From contig JAXSNR010000002.1 of the NCBI GenBank assembly GCA_037925075.1, positions 160,001 through 224,000 on the forward strand: a DNA stretch of 64,000 nucleotides. Reading direction: 5' to 3'. This DNA is from Aquificaceae bacterium (GTDB lineage Bacteria > Aquificota > Aquificia > Aquificales > Aquificaceae). Within the stretch, counting starts at the first letter, position 1. Each line of letters starts with the position of its first letter. Shown here one piece after another: positions 46,888 through 56,894 of this stretch. The translations under genes were made by a program, and so were the position numbers. Under the pieces are notes generated by a model, which had not been told where the DNA came from, did no database searches, and saw nothing but the letters and a program-made list of their open reading frames with translations.

Positions 46888-47750
46888 GGCCCACCTCCGT
46901 TACCAGTTCTGTAGGGTACGGGTATGTACTGCACCGAAGGCACTTGCGAGCCCATGGGCTGAGGGAAAAGTTCCATAAGGGCATAAACCTCCTCTGGTAC
47001 CTCCGTGTTTACATTCAGACCGAGGTTTTTCAAATATTCTGCTGTAAGGGGGTAGTCATGGGTGTATTTGCCGGTAGCGAGCTCCTCCGCTATAAGTTTT
47101 GCCTTTACCTCTTCCATACCGTTTTGAGTGAGAAGCCAAACAAGGTAAGACTTCATCTGGTCTATGGCTTTTTTGGCTATGTCAGCCATGATAAGTGTTT
47201 GGTCTTCTACATCCTTTATATCCTTTTGCTCAAGCACTTTGAGTATGGACGCGGCGGGCATCTGTCCTATCTGGGGATCCACAGGTCCAAGCACCGCGTT
47301 AGGGTCCATAACTATCTCATCGGAGGCAAGGGCAAGAAGCGTGCCTCCAGACATGGCGTAGTGGGGAACTATTACCCTTACAGGACCCTTGTGTCTTACA
47401 AGGGCGTTTGCAATCTGGGTCGCCGCAAGGGCTAACCCTCCCGGTGTATGAACGATCAGGTCTATGGGCATATCCGGTGGTGTCATCCTTATAGCTCGTA
47501 GTACTTGCTCCGAGTCCTCAATGTTTATGTACCTGAATATGGGTATGCCAAAAAATCCAAGGCTTTCTTGCCTATGTATGAGGGTGATTACCCTGCTCCC
47601 CCTTCTCCCCTCAAGCTGTCTGATAAGGGCTTCCCTTGCTTTTGAGAGGAGAAACCTCTTCCAAAAGGGTACAAAGATAAAGGCTAAGAGTAAAAAGAGC
47701 CATAGGAGATTGATAAGAGAGAAGAAGGGATTATAAAAGGGTTGTTCCAT
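46884..47750 (-). CDS. SDH-type Clp-fold serine proteinase (DUF114), membrane anchored
   Basis: HTPGG, AMSGGT (Ser), GPVDPQ (Asp), THDYP (His); N-terminal TM. Confidence 0.88.
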   Translation of the reverse strand: MEQPFYNPFFSLINLLWLFLLLAFIFVPFWKRFLLSKAREALIRQLEGRRGSRVITLIHRQESLGFFGIPIFRYINIEDSEQVLRAIRMTPPDMPIDLIVHTPGGLALAATQIANALVRHKGPVRVIVPHYAMSGGTLLALASDEIVMDPNAVLGPVDPQIGQMPAASILKVLEQKDIKDVEDQTLIMADIAKKAIDQMKSYLVWLLTQNGMEEVKAKLIAEELATGKYTHDYPLTAEYLKNLGLNVNTEVPEEVYALMELFPQPMGSQVPSVQYIPVPYRTGNGGGP

Positions 47751-47791
47751 GAGGAAAATTATAGCATGCTATGAGATAATAGAATAACCCT

Positions 47792-48808
47792 ATGTCAAGA
47801 GCCAAGCTGAGGATAAGGGCTAAAAGTCTTGAGGAAAATGTAAAAAGCCTTTACAACTTTTCCCAAAAACCCATCATAGCGGTAGTTAAGGCTGATGCCT
47901 ACGGTGTGGGTGCCTTGTACGTGGCTTCAATACTTGAAAACTTAAAGGAGGTCTCCACCCTTGCGGTAGCCTGTGTAGAAGAAGGCATAGAGCTAAGGAA
48001 TGCGGGCATAAGGAAAAAGATCCTTGTACTCGGTGGAGTTTTGAAGGGTGAAGAGAAAGCCTTTGTGGAATACAACTTAACGCCTGTGGTGTCTCACAAG
48101 GAGCATCTTAAAGCCTTAGAAGGTATAAACATACCCATTCAGGTAAAATACGACACGGGCATGGGAAGGCTTGGCTTTCTGGAAGAGCTTTTAGAGGATG
48201 AAAGGGTTGAGGGAGTATTGAGCCATCTTTCAAGCCCTTTGGATGAGGAGCATTCAAGGCTTCAGATAGAACGTTTTCAAAGGATAGTAATACGCTACAA
48301 AAATCTCAAATATGTTCATATGGAAAGCTCCGCGGGAGTTGTATATCGTCTTCCCTTTACCACCCATATACGAGTGGGGCTTGCCCTTTATGGAGAAAAG
48401 CCCATGCAAAACTATCCTGTGGAGCTAAAGCCCGTGCTTGAGCTAAAAGCAAGGCTTCTTTCTGTGAAAACTTTACCCTCGGGCTTTCCCGTGTCTTACT
48501 CAAAAAGCTACATCACACAAGGTCCTACAAAGGTGGGCGTGGTTGCCTTAGGCTATGCGGACGGTCTTATGAAGAGCCTCTCCAACAGGGCAAACCTTTT
48601 TTACAAGGGAAAGCCTGTTAGGATACTTGGAAACATAACCATGGACATGACCATGGTGGACCTTACAGACACCGATGCACAGGTGGGAGATTGGATAGAG
48701 GTGGTGGGAGAAAACCAGACTTTTACAGACCTTGCAAGGCTTGCGGGAACGATACCTTACGAGCTTATGACAAACCTTTCAAAAAGGATAAGGAGAGAGC
48801 CATGTTGA
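47792..48808 (+). CDS. alr: Alanine racemase
   Basis: AVVKADAYG, DTGMGRLG, GYADG, MDM, GTIPYE. Confidence 0.96.
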   Translation: MSRAKLRIRAKSLEENVKSLYNFSQKPIIAVVKADAYGVGALYVASILENLKEVSTLAVACVEEGIELRNAGIRKKILVLGGVLKGEEKAFVEYNLTPVVSHKEHLKALEGINIPIQVKYDTGMGRLGFLEELLEDERVEGVLSHLSSPLDEEHSRLQIERFQRIVIRYKNLKYVHMESSAGVVYRLPFTTHIRVGLALYGEKPMQNYPVELKPVLELKARLLSVKTLPSGFPVSYSKSYITQGPTKVGVVALGYADGLMKSLSNRANLFYKGKPVRILGNITMDMTMVDLTDTDAQVGDWIEVVGENQTFTDLARLAGTIPYELMTNLSKRIRREPC

Positions 48809-49401
48809 TAACCTTTGAAGGTATAGACGGCTCTGGCAAAAGCACTCAGGCAAAAAGGCTTTACGAACATCTCAAAAGCCTTGGCTATAAGGTTTCCCTT
48901 TACAGGGACCCTGGCTCAACGCCCTTGGCGGAGAAAATTAGGGAGCTTTTACTGGACTTTGAGATGGATCCTACCACAGAGCTTTTGCTTTTTGAGTGTG
49001 CAAGGTCAAGCCTTGTTTGGGAAAAAGTCTTTCCAGACTTAAAAGAGGGCAAGATTGTTATACTGGACCGCTTTATAGACTCCACAACCGCCTACCAAGG
49101 CTACGGAAGGGAGATAAACTTAGGCACGGTGAATATACTAAACCACATGGCGACAAGGGGCAGAAAGCCAGACATAACCTTTTTGCTTAACGTTCCCATT
49201 GATGTGGCAATAGAAAGGATAAGTGCTAAGAAAACCCGCTTTGAGGACAGGGATTACCTTAGAAGGGTGAGGGATGCATACATCCTTATGGCAAGCCAGG
49301 AGAAGGAAAGGATAGTGCTTATTGACGCAAACAGGGATCAAGAGGAGGTCTTTGAGGACCTTCTTGGGGTTTTAAGGGATAGGTTTGGGCTTGATGTATA
49401 A
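48802..49401 (+). CDS. tmk: Thymidylate kinase
   Basis: FEGIDGSGKST, DRFIDST.AYQG; start re-called at ATG 48802. Confidence 0.97.
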   Translation: MLITFEGIDGSGKSTQAKRLYEHLKSLGYKVSLYRDPGSTPLAEKIRELLLDFEMDPTTELLLFECARSSLVWEKVFPDLKEGKIVILDRFIDSTTAYQGYGREINLGTVNILNHMATRGRKPDITFLLNVPIDVAIERISAKKTRFEDRDYLRRVRDAYILMASQEKERIVLIDANRDQEEVFEDLLGVLRDRFGLDV

Positions 49402-49422
49402 TCTTTGGAAGGAGGCTCCACC

Positions 49423-49782
49423 ATGCAAGACTGTATCTTTTGCAAGATAGTAAGGAAGGAAATACCTTCAAAGGGTGTTTATGAGGATGATCTGGTCTAT
49501 GCCTTTCATGATATTAACCCTGTTGCACCAACCCACATACTTATAGTGCCAAAAAAACACATAGTGGGTGTTCAAAGCCTTGAGCCAGAGGATGTGCCTA
49601 CCGTGGGGCACATGTTTTACGTGGCGAGGAAGTTGGGAGAAGAGTTGGGATATGCACCCGATGAGAAGCTAAACAAGGGCTACAGGCTTGTTTTTAACGT
49701 GGGCAAGGATGCGGGGCAGAGCGTATTTCACCTTCACCTTCACTTTATAGCAGGGAGGAGTATGTCCTGGCCACCGGGCTGA
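49423..49782 (+). CDS. HIT family nucleotide-binding protein (HinT-like)
   Basis: DCIFCKI, HLHLH triad, WPPG; ATG 49423 after AGGAGG. Confidence 0.95.
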   Translation: MQDCIFCKIVRKEIPSKGVYEDDLVYAFHDINPVAPTHILIVPKKHIVGVQSLEPEDVPTVGHMFYVARKLGEELGYAPDEKLNKGYRLVFNVGKDAGQSVFHLHLHFIAGRSMSWPPG

Positions 49783-50726
49783 TATCCTTCAGAGATTGGA
49801 TGTCCCATAGGGTAAGGGAGTATTATAGGGGGGATTTCAGAAGGGATTTTTTTACCGCACCTGAGCTTGATAGGGCTTTTGGATACGCCCTTGCGGAACA
49901 TATTGCGGAGCTTATAAAGGGCTTTGAAGAGCCCGCACTTCTTGAGTTAGGCGGTGGCACTGGAGCTCTTGCATACGATATTCTTAGCTACCTTAAAGAA
50001 AGGGAAAGAAAGCTCTTTGAAAGGCTTAGGTATTACATATACGACTTTAGCTTACCCCTTGTGGAGCTTCAGAAAAAAAGGCTTAGAGATTTTGAGGGTA
50101 AGGTCTTTTGGTGTGATGGGCTTTTTCCCGTTGAGGGTGTGGTTTTTTCTAACGAGTTTTTTGACTGTTTGCCAGTGCATTTGGTAAAGGAGGGTAAGGA
50201 GCTTTTTGTAAAGGATGGGGAGGGTGTATGGCTTGAGCTAAAAGACCAGTCTGTTAAAGAAGTTATAAGGAGGATGGGCTACGAAGAGCTTTCGCAGGTG
50301 GTGGAGGTATGCGTGGACTGTGTGGAGTTTCTGAGAGAACTTTCAAAAAACCTCGTAAGAGGATACCACCTTGTGATAGATTACGGGTATACCTCAAGGG
50401 AGATGGGTAGGTTTGCGGAAGGTACTGTTTTGGGCTACCGCCATCACAAGGTAGAAAAGGATGTTTTAAAAGCCAAAGAACCCATGGACATAACCGCACA
50501 TGTGAACTTTTCACTTCTTGAGGAGTACGGAAGGGACTTTGGGCTTGAAAAGGTATATCTGAACAGCTTGAGGGATTTTCTTATGGAAAGTCAAGCCTTT
50601 GTTAAGGAGCTTGAAAATCTGAGCTTTTCTGAAAGGCCGGAGGACATAGAGAGGCTTTCACGTATAAAGACCATGCTCCTCAGTATGGGTGATCGCTTTA
50701 AGGTACTTCTTCAGAGAAGGCTATAA
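49779..50726 (+). CDS. SAM-dependent methyltransferase, MidA/NDUFAF7 (DUF185) family; start CTG 49779 or ATG 49800
   Basis: DFFTAPEL, ELGGGTG, SNEFFDCLP, IDYG, DITAHVNF. Confidence 0.9.
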   Translation: MISFRDWMSHRVREYYRGDFRRDFFTAPELDRAFGYALAEHIAELIKGFEEPALLELGGGTGALAYDILSYLKERERKLFERLRYYIYDFSLPLVELQKKRLRDFEGKVFWCDGLFPVEGVVFSNEFFDCLPVHLVKEGKELFVKDGEGVWLELKDQSVKEVIRRMGYEELSQVVEVCVDCVEFLRELSKNLVRGYHLVIDYGYTSREMGRFAEGTVLGYRHHKVEKDVLKAKEPMDITAHVNFSLLEEYGRDFGLEKVYLNSLRDFLMESQAFVKELENLSFSERPEDIERLSRIKTMLLSMGDRFKVLLQRRL

Positions 50727-52223
50727 AGCCCTTAGCTCCAGCTCATAAACCTCTCCTCTGTTTTGTATAGTTAGAGTGCCCGTCTTTCCTGTGAGCACCA
50801 AAATCCTTCCATCTTTTGTGGTAAGGACAGCCTGCACGGATTCTTCAAAGTTCCCACCCCTTATCTGTTTTATAGATATGAGGTCTTTTCGCCTCTCTCC
50901 CAAAACAAAAAGCTCGCCCCTACTGTATTTCACTATATCCAAAAACCTTTGAACCACACCTGTGTGGTTTTTTATCACAAAAGCCACGTGGAAGTTAAGA
51001 AGCTTTGTAGAAGCCCCCCTTGGGTTAAAGACGAAGTTTAGCTTGCCCTGTTCAAAGGGAATCTCCACAAGGGTGTAAGAGCCACCAAAACCTTCCTCCG
51101 TTGAGAAAACCTCCGCATCTCCTTTAAAGACCCTTACTCTGCCTGTGCTGTCTGTAAAGACCAGATAGTCCTCAAAGTAAAAGGCACTGTCTATTCTAAA
51201 GCCTCTTGGAGCAAGGAAGGCCCCTGTTTCCTTTAGGTTTTCACCCTCAAGGGATAGCCTTATGGTTTGTCCAAACCTGTCTCTAAAGTTAAACCTTTGA
51301 CCTATAAGGGTTTCCTTTGGTCTTTTCTTGTCAAGCACTGCCATAAGGTAGGGTATGTTTTTCCTTATTGCTACAAAGCTATCCCCAACCGCCCTGAGTA
51401 TGAGGGAGCTTGCGGAGTCTCCGCTTATAATGTTCACAAGTACCAAATCCTTCCCTTCGGTGGTTATTTTTCCACACTGAAGCCCTACAGAAACACCAGC
51501 AGGTAGGCTGTATTCAAACCTTTTAACAAGGTCCCTTTTCAAAAGCTCATAAACCTCCACCTTGCCAGAGAAAAGCACCACGAGAAACTCCTTCCCTGTT
51601 CCAGTAAGGTCGCAAAGGTCCGCAGAAAGTGGTACCGATGGCAGAGATTTTATAAGTCTGGGTCTTGCAAGCAGGTTTATATCCTCAAAGCTTGCCCTTT
51701 CTATGCTTTGCACAACCGCCTGCTGGAAGAAGGCTACGGGAGAGGCCTTATACTCAACGCCTATTCCATCCCTTAGCTCCCTTATGGTGTATGTGCATGC
51801 CTTTTCCCTCTTTAGCTCTGGTATTACGGAACGAAGCTTAAAAAAACCTTCTTCTGAGCCCTCAAAACACACATCCCCTACCAACAGCTTTATCCTGTCC
51901 CCTTCCCTTACAGAGCCTTCAAGGACCTTTGCATAGGAAAAGCCGTCTTGGAGCTCTTCCACCCTTAGCCTTCCCACCCTCTGGCTCTCTTTGCCTATTA
52001 CCTGTTTTGTGATGGGATGGACGATTTCCTTTCCCTCCCTTATAACCACAAACTCTTCACCCACCCTTACCTTTTCCCTACCAAGGTCTATTATGGCTTT
52101 GCCCCCCTCCACCTTTACCACATAGCCTTCCCTTTGGAAAAAGTCCCTTATACCTTGCAAAACCTCTTGAGCATGCACCTTTAAAGAAAGAAGCAGTATA
52201 AGGACTAAGACAAGCTTTCCCAT
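50721..52223 (-). CDS. Exported hypothetical protein (FlgT-C-like N-domain, beta-rich repeat C-domain)
   Basis: Signal peptide; [19 protein letters not shown] pattern; DLTGTGKE loop. Confidence 0.7.
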   Translation of the reverse strand: MGKLVLVLILLLSLKVHAQEVLQGIRDFFQREGYVVKVEGGKAIIDLGREKVRVGEEFVVIREGKEIVHPITKQVIGKESQRVGRLRVEELQDGFSYAKVLEGSVREGDRIKLLVGDVCFEGSEEGFFKLRSVIPELKREKACTYTIRELRDGIGVEYKASPVAFFQQAVVQSIERASFEDINLLARPRLIKSLPSVPLSADLCDLTGTGKEFLVVLFSGKVEVYELLKRDLVKRFEYSLPAGVSVGLQCGKITTEGKDLVLVNIISGDSASSLILRAVGDSFVAIRKNIPYLMAVLDKKRPKETLIGQRFNFRDRFGQTIRLSLEGENLKETGAFLAPRGFRIDSAFYFEDYLVFTDSTGRVRVFKGDAEVFSTEEGFGGSYTLVEIPFEQGKLNFVFNPRGASTKLLNFHVAFVIKNHTGVVQRFLDIVKYSRGELFVLGERRKDLISIKQIRGGNFEESVQAVLTTKDGRILVLTGKTGTLTIQNRGEVYELELRAL

Positions 52224-53299
52224 AGCTCCTCCATAGCTTTTATTATGGCGTCGGTCATAGCTTGAGTTCCTACCTTTATCTTGCCTTCTGTGTATATATC
52301 TGGAGTTCTGTAGCCCCTTTCAAGCACAAGTTCCACAGCCTTCTCTATTAAGTCAGCTTCCTTGCTAAGCCCAAAGGAGTATCTTAGCATCATGCTTGCG
52401 GACAGTATGGTCGCTATTGGGTTTGCAACACCTTTACCCGCTATATCTGGAGCGGAGCCATGCACTGGCTCATAGAGAGCATACCTGTCTCCAAGGCTTG
52501 CGGAAGGTAGCATACCAAGACTTCCCGTTATAACCGCCGCCTCATCAGAAAGTATATCTCCAAAGATATTTCCCGTTACTATCACGTCGAAAGAAGAAGG
52601 TCTTCTCACAATTTGCATGGCACAGTTGTCCACATAAAGGTGTTCCAGCTCCACCTCTGGATAGTTTTTTGCCTCTTCCTCCACCACAGCCTTCCACAAA
52701 CCGCTTACCTCAAGCACGTTGGACTTATCCACGCTTGTGAGCTTTTTTCTTCTCTGACGGGCTATTTCAAAGGACTTACGAACCACACGCCTTATCTCAT
52801 CTTCAGTGTATCTCATAGTGTTTATGCCCACCCTTTTACCATCCTCCACAAAAATACCCCTTGGCTCCCCATAGTAAACATCACCCGTAAGCTCCCTGAC
52901 CACTATAAAGTCTGTCCCCCTTGCCACCTCCTCTTTTAGAGGTGAGGAAGAGATCAAAGGTTCATACACCTTTGCGGGTCTTAGGTTTGCATAAAGGTCT
53001 AAGGCCTTTCTTATGCCAAGAAGCCCCTTTTCAGGCCTTTTGTCCGTGGGAAGGTCATCCCATTTGGGACCCCCTACCGCACCCAAAAGCACCGCATCCG
53101 CCCTAAGGCATAGCTCCACCGTCTCCTGTGGCAAAGGCATGCCCCTTTGGTCTATGGCGGAGCCACCTATGAGAGCCTTTTCAAAAACAAAGTCCACGCC
53201 AGAGAGCTCTCCAATTTTCTTTAGAACCCTTACCGCGGAAGCTACCACTTCTGGACCAATTCCATCCCCTTCTAGAACCGCTACCTTGAAAGTGGCCAT
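52205..53299 (-). CDS. leuB: 3-isopropylmalate dehydrogenase
   Basis: [32 protein letters not shown]; start re-called at ATG 53299. Confidence 0.98.
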   Translation of the reverse strand: MATFKVAVLEGDGIGPEVVASAVRVLKKIGELSGVDFVFEKALIGGSAIDQRGMPLPQETVELCLRADAVLLGAVGGPKWDDLPTDKRPEKGLLGIRKALDLYANLRPAKVYEPLISSSPLKEEVARGTDFIVVRELTGDVYYGEPRGIFVEDGKRVGINTMRYTEDEIRRVVRKSFEIARQRRKKLTSVDKSNVLEVSGLWKAVVEEEAKNYPEVELEHLYVDNCAMQIVRRPSSFDVIVTGNIFGDILSDEAAVITGSLGMLPSASLGDRYALYEPVHGSAPDIAGKGVANPIATILSASMMLRYSFGLSKEADLIEKAVELVLERGYRTPDIYTEGKIKVGTQAMTDAIIKAMEELWESLS

Positions 53300-53306
53300 A
53301 GGGTGT

Positions 53307-53314
53307 ATTATACT
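53307..53314. promoter_or_regulatory. Overlapping bidirectional -10 elements for leuB and ffh
   Basis: Minus TATAAT (53312-53307) and plus TATACT (53309-53314), each 7 nt from an ATG. Confidence 0.65.
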
Positions 53315-53321
53315 AAACCTT

Positions 53322-54641
53322 ATGTTAGAACTGCTCACCGAAAAATTTGGTAAGGCTCTTGATAGGATAAGAGACACGAGAAAACTTACAGAAAAGCAGG
53401 TAAACGATATTCTCAGAGATGTAAGAGCTGCCCTTATAGAGGCGGATGTGGATTACGAGGTGGTAAAGGCTTTTATAAAAAGGGTAAGAGAAAGGGCTTT
53501 GAAGGAAGACCTTACAAAAAGCCCATCACCTCAGGACAGCTTTTTGCTTACCATATACGAGGAGCTTGTTCAAACCCTTGGTGGTGAAAAGCAAGACCTT
53601 AAAAAGGGTGTGGTGCTTTTTGTGGGACTTCAGGGAACAGGCAAAACCACAACCATAGGTAAGATAGCCAACTATCTCAAAGAGCAAGGGTTTAAGGTTT
53701 CTGTAAGCTCCACGGACGTAAGAAGGCCTGCGGCGATGCTACAACTACAAAGGCTTGCGGAAAAAGTGGGTGTGTCCTACTACGGCTTTGAAGAAGGACT
53801 TACCGCGGTGGAGATAGCAAAAAGGGCTTTGGAGATGGCTAAAAGGGAAGGTGTTGATTATCTACTCCTTGATACTGCGGGAAGGCTTCACATAGATGAG
53901 GAGCTTATGGAAGAGCTAAAAGAAATAAAAGGAAATGTCAGACCCTCAGAGGTTATATACGTTGCAGACGCCATGCAAGGACAGTCTGCCCTTGAGTCCG
54001 CAAGAAGATTTCACGAGGTGCTCGGGCTTACCGGCGTGGTGCTTACAAAGATGGATGGAGATGCGAGGGGTGGCGTTGCCCTTTCTGTGAAAGAAGCCCT
54101 CGGTGTGGGTGTAAAGTTTATAGGTGTGGGTGAAAGGATAGAAGACATAGAGCCCTTTTATCCTGACAGGATAGCCCAGAGGATACTGGGTCTTGGTGAT
54201 ATACAAACCCTTGCGGAGAAAGCTCAAAAAGTGATCCCAGAGGATGAAGCCCAAGCCCTTGCCTTTAAGGTGCTCAAGGGAGAGTTTGACCTTGAGGACA
54301 TGCTTAAACAAATAAGGTTTATAAAGAACATGGGACCCCTTGACAAGCTTCTTGGCATGCTTCCTGGTATAGGTGCACAGCTAAAGGGTCTAAAGATAGA
54401 AGAGAGTAAGTTCAAGAAAACAGAAGCCATAATCCTTTCCATGACAAAGCAGGAAAGGAGAAACCCCAAAATAATAAACATGAGCAGAAGACAGAGGATA
54501 GCAAAGGGAAGTGGTACAACAGTTTCCGATGTAAACAGGGTCCTCAAGGACTACGAAGAGATGAAGAAGATGATCAAAAAGCTCAAAGGTTTGCAGGGCA
54601 TACCACAACTACCAAAGTTCCCCTTCCCCTTCAAAAGGTAG
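53322..54641 (+). CDS. ffh: Signal recognition particle protein
   Basis: [25 protein letters not shown]-domain [11 protein letters not shown]; start re-called at ATG 53322. Confidence 0.98.
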   Translation: MLELLTEKFGKALDRIRDTRKLTEKQVNDILRDVRAALIEADVDYEVVKAFIKRVRERALKEDLTKSPSPQDSFLLTIYEELVQTLGGEKQDLKKGVVLFVGLQGTGKTTTIGKIANYLKEQGFKVSVSSTDVRRPAAMLQLQRLAEKVGVSYYGFEEGLTAVEIAKRALEMAKREGVDYLLLDTAGRLHIDEELMEELKEIKGNVRPSEVIYVADAMQGQSALESARRFHEVLGLTGVVLTKMDGDARGGVALSVKEALGVGVKFIGVGERIEDIEPFYPDRIAQRILGLGDIQTLAEKAQKVIPEDEAQALAFKVLKGEFDLEDMLKQIRFIKNMGPLDKLLGMLPGIGAQLKGLKIEESKFKKTEAIILSMTKQERRNPKIINMSRRQRIAKGSGTTVSDVNRVLKDYEEMKKMIKKLKGLQGIPQLPKFPFPFKR

Positions 54642-55082
54642 GCATTCTATACGGAGCTTTTTTATATTCTCATCTATCTCTTTCATGGTCTTTGTGTACT
54701 CTTCTCTGTCCCTTTTACTTTTTGCTTCCTTTACAAGTTTGAGGGCAAGACAGTACTCACCCCTTTTGTTAAGCACGTAAGCCAGGTTGTTCAAAAGGTC
54801 AGGGTCTCTTTCTATCTCAAGGGCTTTGAGGTAAAGCTCTTCTGCCCTTTCCCACTCTTCCCTTTTAGCGTACATGTTTCCGAGATTGTAGTAAGCAAGC
54901 CAGTTTTTCCTATCCTTTCTTATGGCTTTTAGGTACTCTTTCTCCGCAAGCTCCAGCCTACCCTGTTTTTCATAGATGTATCCAAGGTCTGTGTGTTCCT
55001 TTGAAGTAAGAGGGTCGCTAAAAACCACAATTTTTGCACAAGAGGAGAGAAAAATAGACAGAATAAACAAGAATAATATCAT
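54609..55082 (-). CDS. TPR lipoprotein
   Basis: Lipobox LSSC; TPRs (LGYIYE, YNLGNMY, NNLAYV). Confidence 0.85.
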   Translation of the reverse strand: MILFLFILSIFLSSCAKIVVFSDPLTSKEHTDLGYIYEKQGRLELAEKEYLKAIRKDRKNWLAYYNLGNMYAKREEWERAEELYLKALEIERDPDLLNNLAYVLNKRGEYCLALKLVKEAKSKRDREEYTKTMKEIDENIKKLRIECLPFEGEGELW

Positions 55083-55702
55083 TCTAAAATCCCGATAGAA
55101 AGGGTTTCACTTCCAAAAAAGTATCCGTGTCCTACATCTACACCTAATTTAATAGCTAAGTCAAGTTTTTTGGTTGAGTCTATGTTTTTAAATCCCACCT
55201 TTACATTAAAAAGCTTAAAACTTGCTGTTAGACGTTCCAAATCTGATATTTTGGCGTTTGTGTAAAAGTCTTCACTTAAAAACACATAATCAAAAGCCCC
55301 CACTCTAAACTCTTTAGTTTCGTAACCAATGGTGCTATATCCGTCTAAAGCACATTTTAAACCACCTCTCCTTAAAGAACCTATAATTTCAGCCAATTCT
55401 GAAAGCCCCATGTCCTGTGGAAGACACACAACGAAATTTTTGCTTATGACTGGTAGCTCTTCTAACTCCATAGTTAATGGTTTTTTGATAAAGATGGGTT
55501 TTGTGATTATTTTACGGGCTACAGTCCTTAATACCATGCTTTCAGCTTTTGCTCTTGTTTCCCTGTCCACAAGGTCCTTAAAGCTAAGCTCCAAATTGTC
55601 ATAAAACACCCTTGTTAAAACCCAGTATCCATGAAGGCTTTGATCTTTTAGGTTTACCACATTTTCAAGGTAGGCGTAAACTCTTAGTTTTTTCCCCTCC
55701 AT
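55079..55702 (-). CDS. Stand-alone degenerate EAL-domain protein
   Basis: GYWVLTR (vs G.EALxR), ALDGY (vs ALDDF), LGVDVGHGYFFG (vs QGY.F). Confidence 0.7.
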   Translation of the reverse strand: MEGKKLRVYAYLENVVNLKDQSLHGYWVLTRVFYDNLELSFKDLVDRETRAKAESMVLRTVARKIITKPIFIKKPLTMELEELPVISKNFVVCLPQDMGLSELAEIIGSLRRGGLKCALDGYSTIGYETKEFRVGAFDYVFLSEDFYTNAKISDLERLTASFKLFNVKVGFKNIDSTKKLDLAIKLGVDVGHGYFFGSETLSIGILE

Positions 55703-55739
55703 ACGGATAATATGTTATAATAACAAAGGAGGTTATGCA

Positions 55740-56015
55740 ATGGGTATAATAGTAAGAGTTCCTACACCTCTCAGAAGGCTTACCAACGGTCAAGGTGAGG
55801 TAAGCGTGGAAGCCACCAACATAAGGGAAGCAATACATAAATTGGAGGAGCTTTATCCGGGCTTTAAAGAGAGGCTTATAGATGAGCAAGGTGAAGTGAG
55901 AAGGTTTGTAAACCTCTACCTTAACGATGAGGATATAAGGTTTTTGAAGGGTCTTGATACAGAGCTAAAAGATGGAGATGTACTTTCCATAGTTCCCGCT
56001 ATTGCAGGTGGTTAG
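55740..56015 (+). CDS. MoaD/ThiS family ubiquitin-like sulfur carrier (CysO/SAMP-like)
   Basis: VPTPLR, RRFVNLYLNDEDIRFL, C-terminal PAIAGG; extended -10 (55713-55721) and AGGAGG SD. Confidence 0.92.
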   Translation: MGIIVRVPTPLRRLTNGQGEVSVEATNIREAIHKLEELYPGFKERLIDEQGEVRRFVNLYLNDEDIRFLKGLDTELKDGDVLSIVPAIAGG

Positions 56016-56260
56016 AGATATACTCTTTCCAGAAGAAGTAAAAGCTCTTCAAAGAGGTTCATTGCTGTTTCTTCTGATGGCATGTCTATAACTATTCTTT
56101 CTACACCCCCTGTAGATAAAACTACCTTTTTACCCTTCAATTCCATTGTCCTTATATGGTAGTAAGGCACAACTAAGGCCTTTTCATCTGTTCTGTAAAT
56201 CATATACTTACTCTCAAGCTCAACTCCTAAGCTTTTTAGGTGTTCCCTTTTGCTTTTCAT
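56012..56260 (-). CDS. Small hypothetical protein (82 aa)
   Basis: Start re-called at ATG 56260 (ATGA overlap with upstream gene). Confidence 0.7.
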   Translation of the reverse strand: MKSKREHLKSLGVELESKYMIYRTDEKALVVPYYHIRTMELKGKKVVLSTGGVERIVIDMPSEETAMNLFEELLLLLERVYL

Positions 56261-56886
56261 ACTATCCCCGGCGGTATCTTTATTGGACTGTTGAACCTTT
56301 CGGGCTCTTCTTTTATCACCATGGCGTAAGCCCCAAAGCAATACTTTCCAAGCTCCACAACTCTTCCAACCCTTAAACCTGCCTCTTCAAGCATGAGACC
56401 CATCTCCCACTCGGAATAAACCTCCTCCGGCGGAGGTCCTTTGTCCCTTTCTTCCTTCTTCCAGTCTATGATAGCCACGTAGGCAAGTGGTTTGCAAACC
56501 CTTTTTATCTCTTGCATGTAGCTTACTGGATCCGCAAGCTCATGGAAGACAAAAGCCATAAAAACGAAATCCACAAGGTTATCCTCAAGGGGTATGTGAT
56601 TCTCTTCTGAAGACAAGACTTCTACATTGGACAGACCAAGGCTTTTTACCTTGTTTTTGGCATACTCCACCGCCAAGGGCTCTGTGTCTATGGCATAAAC
56701 CTTGCCTTCTGTTCCCACAGCTCCTGAAAGGTAGGGTAGGTAAAAGCCTGCACCCGTGCCCACATCGAGCACCTTCATACCTTTTTTAAGTCCAAACTCC
56801 CTAAGAACCTTCTCTGGGTCAAAGAGTTCAAGCCTGCTGGGGTCATCCAGCTTTTGTAGTTTTGAAGGGTCAAACTTGTGTCCCAT
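56257..56886 (-). CDS. Class I SAM-dependent methyltransferase
   Basis: VLDVGTGAG, VYAID, FHEL. Confidence 0.9.
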   Translation of the reverse strand: MGHKFDPSKLQKLDDPSRLELFDPEKVLREFGLKKGMKVLDVGTGAGFYLPYLSGAVGTEGKVYAIDTEPLAVEYAKNKVKSLGLSNVEVLSSEENHIPLEDNLVDFVFMAFVFHELADPVSYMQEIKRVCKPLAYVAIIDWKKEERDKGPPPEEVYSEWEMGLMLEEAGLRVGRVVELGKYCFGAYAMVIKEEPERFNSPIKIPPGIV

Positions 56887-56894
56887 AGAGAAGA

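Noticed and set aside
53013..53377. Apparent long head-to-head overlap of ffh and leuB in the ORF track
   Set aside because: Longest-ORF artefact; conserved N-termini begin at 53322 and 53299
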